In this document: positions 20,801-29,800 of the stretch, piece after piece
Position numbering within the stretch: the stretch's first letter is position 1
Layout of the letters: the number at the start of each line of letters is the position of its first letter
Source: Candidatus Lokiarchaeum ossiferum
Lineage (GTDB): Archaea; Asgardarchaeota; Lokiarchaeia; Sigyniarchaeales; Promethearchaeaceae
NCBI GenBank assembly: GCA_025839675.1
Contig: CP104013.1
Span: forward strand, 750,001 to 782,000
Length of the DNA stretch: 32,000 nucleotides
Reading direction: 5' to 3'
The notes under the pieces: generated by a model
What the model saw: only the letters and a program-made list of their open reading frames with translations
What the model was told of the DNA's origin: nothing
Databases searched by the model: none
Program-made: the position numbers and the translations under genes

Positions 20801-23800
20801 ATAACTTTTATCAATCAATCCGAAGAAGATGATTCCCTTAATATTGAATGGAAATATACCCTTGATCAGAACGATTTAGCAGAGTTGTTTGTTGCGAATC
20901 AACAACCCTTGGTATGGGGAAATAACTTAGTGAATTATATTCCCGTTGATATAAACTTTGCAGAATTGATGGCCTATGGAATGTTCTATGAGATACCCTT
21001 TGATTTTGCAACAGTGGATGAAATTGTTATAACAGGTTATCGCAACCCTACTCATCCCTCGTTCTCACTCACCGATCCAACTTCCAGTTCGCTTACATTA
21101 ATTTGTGGAGAAATTCGATTAGTGGATTTACTAAATGATGCAACCACATATTATCAAGAAAATCCCTTAGGGATAGAACGCCCCTATATTTATAACGGGC
21201 AAATCGCTGGAAATTTCTTTAATTCCTTAAGTATTTCAAGCCCTAACACTTTACGATTTAACCATAAAGATCTCCCTGTAATGAGTGCCGTGCTTGAAGA
21301 AGGAGATGCCATTTACAGTGATTCCATCACCGTCTCAGCAATTTCGTTTGGAGGAGAAAATTTGCCTGAAACAACCCACATGATTAGCGATTACTTGAAA
21401 TTGACTGCCCGTAATGCTAGTATGGATATGATAGATGTCGGAATGCCGACTCATGATGGAGCACCTTCTAGTTTGGCCTTCACACTCGTTCAAAAACCAG
21501 ATAATTATACACATCTGACTTTGAACTACAGTGGAAACAGTCTCTTTAACAGTATTGCCAGCCAAATTAACGCATCCTTAGTGCTTCAAAAAGAAAATTT
21601 AGTCCTTGATTTTGAAAATGTTCCCCTAACTGACGCCTACACGATGCATATTCTCCGAAATACGACCAGATCCTTTAATGGAATAATTAAAGATGATGAT
21701 GAAAGCGTTCCGATCTATTTTGTCCCCCATAGTCAACTCATTTCCTATCCGTTATATAGCTTTGATTCTTCCTCATGGGTATGGAAGCAAGACATCACAG
21801 TGGAAGATACCTCGATTCGCCTAGGTGCCAAGACGGGAATCAATACCTATCAATGGTTTGATTATCAAGAAGGTAATATTGCTTCGTTTAATTTTACCAT
21901 GGATAACCAAGAAGGTGGAAACATTCCATTCACTCCCCAGACTATAATCTGTGCGGTAAATTATCCTGGAAACGATTTCTACAAAAATACTACCCGAGAA
22001 TTCAATATTGAAATTCACCCCTTAGAAGTTCAGCTCGTTCCTAATGCCATTACTTTTGATTTGTCAGAAGAGAAATTATCGATTGATGAAGATGGACGAA
22101 TAAGCGATGCGACTTGGACTTTCACAGATGATAATCTGTATAGTTTTAGCTTGAAGGACCAATATAGCACACCTCTCCAAGAAAAACCAGTGTGGATGTC
22201 CATAGGAGTCTTACCCAAAGGCGCAAGTCTCCCCTATGACTTTACGAATCCAGCGGACAGTTATGTAGCACAATATTTAGGATCAGCCGGCAATCCTTCC
22301 CAAGAACTTTTAAACCTCATGATTTACCAAGATTATACCGGAGTGCCTCAAATTTATCCATTTGTCGATGAGCAAGATAATGACGCCATCAAGATGTTTG
22401 CTCCCTTATACTATCAAATGGGATTAACAGATGAAAACGGGAGTGTAAGCTTCTTACTGGAAGGAAACATATTTGCACAAGTCTTGGATAATTGGAATCG
22501 CTATATTTTTGCAGGGGGTTCCTTGGAAGATGTTAATTTATATATGCGAGTCTTCTATGACAACCAATTTAATAGCGAATCCATGAAAATTGCAACCGAA
22601 TATATGTTAGATCAAGAATATGAAGTCGTATTCGGCGGCAATGAGGAATTTGTCTATAATCAAAATACGACGCAATGGGGAACCTACGAAATTGAAGGCA
22701 ATGCTGAATATTTCGATTCAAATTATGCATCCACCTATGCTCATGGTATTGTGAACTTCCGAAAAGAAGATCTGGTCTTAGTGTCGGGGTATTTCGAGCC
22801 AAAAAACCCCGATGATTTTACCGTTGGAGTTCAATTAATGGAAGCGGATATTGTGGGATCAGACGACACAGGATTTAGTCTCATACCAGAGGAAGAGGGA
22901 AAATCATCGAATTTACTTGATCTAACAGGAATCACTTTTCCAGATGAATTTTCTATCTTGATGGAAATCTTTGATCAAAGTGGCACCTCAAAAGTCATCG
23001 ATGGGCGTTATCAGTTAGGAGAATATGTGGATAACATTCAGCTCATGGATCCAGAAGGTTCGGCTTTATTTAACGTAAATGAAGATATTTTTGGGCCTCA
23101 ATTCCAACGACTGGTCCCGAATGTGTACACCATTCAATATTCATTGTCAAGCTTGGAAAGTTATTCAAAAATGTATAACTTACCGAATAGTACGACTTGT
23201 CAATTAGTCATAAAATCTCCTTATACCTATACTTTAGATTATCCATCCCATATTTACTCACTGCCTAATATGGTAATGAGCGATACTGAGATGAATGTTG
23301 CGTATGGAAACGGGACAGAATATTGGAGTCACATGAACTTTGATCATGGCTATCCGATCATTACCGCAGATTTACTCATTCGAAATACTACGGATTACAT
23401 TCCCAATTATAATCTCACGGATGTCATTAATGTGCAATTTAATATTAATGGAATGGAATATGAGTATTACTTCAGCTTGAACACATCAGAATATATTGAT
23501 GAGGAAGGAATCTACCATGCAGGAGATGATTATACTTTTGAGATTCCAGTGAAATTTTTAGATGGAATGCGTCCCAATATTTCCGTCTACACGTCTTTGG
23601 AATTTACTCCTGAAAATAATATCAATTGGTCGCAAGTAGAAATGGATTATATTGACCAATACATTGATCAAGAAACGGGAATTGTAGATTGGGCAGAGTG
23701 GGAAGAGTGGGAGGAAAGTAACATGACCAAAGCCTATGAAGAATATAGGTTAGGGGCGAGTTATGAAGTGATTATGGAAAATTTTACTCTTCACGAATCC

Positions 23801-26800
23801 ACTTTACGCACCGATGGCCAATCATGGCAATTTTCTCAAGAATTTGCCGATGGTGATAGTAATAATGATCATCAATGGCAATATAATGATGAAACAATGC
23901 CCACCTTCGAGACGGACATCAGTACCGATCAATATACCACCACACTGGGAGAACATACCGCTCTCGATTTCGATGAGGACAGTATCCCCGATGAATTTGT
24001 GTCTATCGCAGTCAGTGAAAACCAAGTCTGCACTACATTCGATAGTAGTGACACAATCATTGATTGGCAGGAAGATCGCATAGAGTTTATGCAAAACATG
24101 ACCTTTAATACGACTTTTACCTTGAATAATTTCTTTACGGTGGAACAAAAGACCAAAAATCTCACCCAACCATTCAATTTGCGGAGCGAAACCTATCAAA
24201 CGTATGAAGGATTTCTCTTCCCTTCGCTTGACGAAGAGTCAGAAATCATTACATGGGACCACAGCCTTCGTTCGGGAGCGTATTGGACAGATGTGGCCCA
24301 TATTGAGGATAAAGATCTCATAAGTGTAGGTCTTCACGAAGGGGAATCCACATGTTTGATTCGAGACAATCTATATATGCCCTATAATGGAGCCGTCGAC
24401 TGGGATTTCCGAATTCCCAATGTAAATAATTATGATTTAGGATCTTTACCTTCATCGGATCTTGAATTTATAATAAATTTCACCTTGGTTAAAAATATGC
24501 AAAATGGACCAATTCAATGGACTCAAATCCTCGAACTTTCCCCCTTAACCGGCATTATTGAAGGAAACAACTTGGCCTTTAAAGAAGTCGGGTTTGATAT
24601 TCCGGATCTATATTGCAGTGAATGGATAGATCTTGAACTCAATATCACCTTGAAAAATGCACCTTCTACCAACTTGGAAAAAGTGATGCTTCTAAAAGGG
24701 ATGATTACGGGGGATGAAACCATCTATCGTATCAGTAATGAATTTCCGACCAAATTACGGGCAAAATTATTTAGTGCGAATTTTCTTTACTTCTTTACCC
24801 AACGAGCTTTAACAGAAGAAATAGGAGCCACCCGTAATACTTATGAATTTTATTCTGGAGATCCCGAAAATCGACCTGCCGATGATATTTTCTTTTCCTT
24901 AGAACAATGTGATGAACCCTATGCCAAAGATTTGGTCTCCATGGTGGAAGTGTGGGATTGGGATATATATCAAGCCAATCCCGATCGCTACATTCAAGTA
25001 GAAAATTGGGAATTTGATGAAGAGACTCGAACCTATACGGAAATAGAAGAATTGTTCGCCCCTCAAAGTACAAGCACCTATGCCGAATTCGGATTGGATG
25101 ATCCGTTTGGGGTTTCTATGTTAAAACTTCGATTAGATGATACCTTTTTGGAGACCTTGACAAGCTTTGAGAAATATTCCATGTTTGTAGATCTTCATAA
25201 TGTCCCCGGTGATTTATATGCCAGTCGGCCAATTCCCTCAATAATTGTCAATGATCCAGCGAATTTCTTAGCCCGTCAAAAAATTACTTTGTTGGTTCAG
25301 CCAAGTACTTGGGATCAAACACCCCAACGTTCGATTTTATCTTCTGAAAACAGCGGAAGTTCCATCTCAACTGATGTTTCAAGTAAAAATATCAATATGT
25401 CTGCAGAAGAAAATACTGTATTTGAATCCCAGCTAATATATTACATGGATGAACAATCATCGGACATTGCCATTAATGATTGGAGTCAAACTCATGTAAA
25501 GAGCGACAGTACTGTTGATCCTTCGGAATTAACCGATGATTTAGACCGTCTTATGTATGATGATAACGAAACAATTTCCTATGTTGAGGAGATTGACTTT
25601 AGCCATGAACCTCTTCTGGTAGATATGCACCCCTATTTCACTTTGGGCGATCGGTTGTATAGTGCGGAAATGCAGGCCCGATTTTCAATGAATATCTCCC
25701 AAATCTATCGGGGAAATCCTTGGTTTGATTGGTTGGAAATTCCATTTCTATTAGATTCGGTAGCATTTGTAGACTGGATTGAAGTAAGCTATGTGACTAC
25801 CAGTGGAACCACCCGTACTTTAATCACCTATAGCGATTTAGAATCAATACAATTTACCGGCGATGATTTAACTTATGCCATTCCCGATGGAGATATTATT
25901 GACACAGTTATGTTTAAGTTTCAACTTGCGATGCATCTGGATAAGTCGCTAGTGCCCAATATGACCTTAATGGGATTAGGACTATTCCGAGATTCTTCCG
26001 TAGGGGAATTAACTATAGAAGTAGAAGCGGAAGATGAGACCACGGAGATACAACGTATTGATCTTCTTCCAACTTTTTGCTATAGTCCAATGCTTCCAAA
26101 AGGAGACAGAATACCCTTTTCCTTTACTGATAATGGTCAAAATAAGATACTGAAGTCGATTTCGATATCCACACCCGTGGTCAGTAATACGGATATGTAT
26201 TTGTACGGGCTTAATCTCATCAAAATGACCGAGACGGATGATTCATGGGAAGCAGATCCCATTTATACCTATTCATTTGACAAAAGATCCCGTGATTACC
26301 AAAATATGATGCTCAGTTTTTATGCCAACGATGTTGGGTTGCCTACGTGGAATGATCCTGCAGGTGCTTTGCGAGTTGAAAACATACCATGGGTTTCTCA
26401 AGTAAGTTATGATATCGACGGAGATATGATCTACGATCTCACCATCACACAATCCGATGGAGAAGGCAAGGGAGATGAGCTTGCGGGCTATTATGGACAA
26501 CAGATCATCTTTGAAAAAATTGTAGATTTAGATGGGTCCATGACTTTGCATCAAACCCTCAGTAGCGGCACCCCCTATACTTACTTTGAAAATGGGGTAA
26601 AGGATACCATCACCTACGATTTTGGAGCTGATGGCACCGATGAACTCATGCGAAAATGGGATACCGAAATTGTCACATATAATATCACAGAAGAAAATTC
26701 CTATGAGACGCCCTATCATTTTATTTCCCGCACTCAAATTGTCTCTTTTGAAGAATTAATCGACCAGACGGGTGATGGCAAATTTAATTTTCGCCAAAGA

Positions 26801-29800
26801 GCCTATCAAAGCCGCACATTCCAGCAGTATGATTGGGATGAGATTAATGTCCATACCAGCATTCCAAGTTATGATGAATTCTTTATTGATAAAGATGGGG
26901 AAGAGCAAAACTATTTCCTGACTAACACAACCGTCTTCGATTGGAGTGAGTGGACTACGGGTTATACCACGTCCTATGATCAAGAAGGTGATGGAGCATG
27001 GGAAAAAGTGATAGATCGTCAAGATCTCTTCCAGAATGATGAATATTACTTGGAAGAGGGATATGACAACTATATTTTCGAAACCTATTCAACCCGATCT
27101 GCGAGTTCCTATGATGTCTATAACGTGACAAATCCTTCGGAAATTTTAGAGACGAAACTCAACGTAACAATCGATTATGGGAATACATTGGTCGAAGACG
27201 CCACCTTCTATCTCTTAGGGGCTGATTCTCCCGATGAATGGCTGACCACAGGCAAGTGTTTGAATAATATCACCGGATCTTTTGTGGTAGAGTACAATGT
27301 GCCGGTCCCAATCGATCCTCGGATTGAAGTGCCAGAATCCATGCGAATTCAAGAAAATGGTCTTATCTATTGGTATAACAGTAATCCCGAAGAAGACAAT
27401 TACTATGAAACTGCGTTTATTATGACCGAAGAGAGTGCTAAGGATAATATTGCAGTTGCGGTTTATATCAGTCGCAGCGGTCGTCAGCAAGTATTAACCG
27501 ATCCCCTTGAATATAAATTGAGTGGTGATGACATCATCGCTTCCCATTGGTTGAATGATGAATATGGCTACGAAGATATCATGGATATTGCGTGGGATAA
27601 TGCCTGGACCAATTATTTAGCCATGCTTGAAACGGAAGAATATATGACCATGAATGTTATTGATACGGCCGCATCCGCAGTACTTCTAGCAGGAACGGCA
27701 TTCGCAGGCAAGTTCATAGCATCAGCAGTCATACTATCGGGGCCCGTAGGTTTGATGGTTGGATTCGGTTTAGCCATTGGCTATGTTGCGGGAATGTTAA
27801 TCTATACAAATTATGTTAGACCTGCCATTGAAGATCTTTTAATTGAGCGAGGTGTGATTGGAGATCGTGCCACCGAAATCGGAAAGAATCCCGATGTGCG
27901 GTTTTGGCAAGATTTTAAAACATTCATCGGTGATGGAACGGAAAATTTGGTTGAATCCTTCTCTATTTTCGCATTACGGGATCCAACTCCTTACTATACC
28001 GAAAAGGCCTACTTCATGGATACCGATCCCTTCACTTTGGATCTGAATCCTGGCATCGCCAATGAAACGTGGAATTATGCTATTGAATATAACGTCCCTC
28101 AATTCTGGGCCCCTCGGGCACGAGATGATTATAAAGGACCCCTTCCTTGGTGGGATAATGTAGCAGCAGCCTTAGATTTAGGAGAGGCAATTAAAAATAC
28201 GGGATTCTTCACCGCTCCGCAATCAACGGAACTTGCCGCCCTTGGAATTAGTCTCGGAGTCGATGATGATGAACGATCCGAAGTTGTGGCCCAACTGTGG
28301 GCTCGAGCGGCCACTTACCGATACCAAGCAGATATGGGATCGGGATATATCGTCAATTCTGAAGCCGAAGCGCTAGAATACTGGATGGTCAAGGCTTTAG
28401 AATATCAAGCCTATCACCGCCGCACTTTGCATCAGTTCTTTTATCGAGATGCTCCATGGGGTAAGGAAGGACTTTGGGATATTGAAGAACATCCTACATG
28501 GAATACTATCAATCATATTGGACATGTTGAATCGACTTTAGCCAGCCATTCATTCTCCAATATGACCCGTCTTGAATATCAAACAGGAGCCTTAGGAGAA
28601 CCGACATTGGTCGCTCGCAAAGATACCACCCTCAATTATAATGATTCGAATATCTACGAAGTCGATTATCAAATCATGTGTTTGCTGTCCAAGTATCAAA
28701 CGGGCTATGCATCGGCCGAAAACTATGATCCTCGCATCTTCTGGAATAATTTAAAGACCCGAGCCATACAAGTGGCCATTGGAATTGCTTCGGCTTGGTG
28801 TGGAGGTGCCCTCGGATTAGCAGTTGGAACCAAACTTGGTTCAACTATTGCCCTCAATTCTTACGTCCAGCAATATTTCGCCGGAACCGTATCTCAACAG
28901 ACCTTAGATCGAATGGTTTCTATTACATTTACCGATGCGTTCCGCCAGACCACAGCTACTATGGCTGCAAATAGTATATTCGGTAAATACTGGTTTGCGG
29001 AACAGATGATCGAAGAATTGGTCTTAGAAAATATTGTTGCTCAAACTGCTTTATTATTTGGCTGTGGAGAAGGTCTTGCTGAACAATTGGGAGAAATATT
29101 TGGCCAAGTTAATATGCTATCATCCTTCTCAGACATATATATGAATGTGAAGCAAGGAATCGGTTTGTTTGGCCAATTAGGTCAGCGTATTTTCAATTCC
29201 CAGCAGAATTCACTCATGGCTTACCGTGCCTCCCAATCCATTGGGCATTCCTTGACCAATATTAAAGGATTATTGGGGATTTCGCAAGATTCCCAGGGTC
29301 ATATTATCATCCAGAAAAATTTGAAAGCCAGTCAAGATGGCGCCATTTCGACCTTGCAAACCGCGCTTCAGGAGAAACTTCTTCAACAACTGCCCTATGC
29401 CAGCGGTGATTTGCTGTGTGAAGATATTCTTCTTGCTATTATGGAAAGATCCATCGATGCCGCCATGCAAGGACCAAATATGGCTACCCATTCGCAAATT
29501 TTGGACACGGTGCAGGCCAGCATTACGAAGGATTTCCCCCAAGTTCAAATTAGTATGCGTCAATTCACGCAGCTCTTTAAGCTGAAGGTCGTCAATAGTA
29601 TCTTGAGTGGATCGAATGACTTGATGAATGTATTGAACGATCAAGATCTCTGGGAACTTGGAGGAGTGGATCTAAACCAAGGCACCTATACCAAGATGCG
29701 GCTAGCCAACCACGGATCGAACGTAGAATTCCATGTGAAATATGATGGCCAAGTAGACAAATATGTTGATGGAGCGCTCGTGGGCACCTACTTTGTGAAC

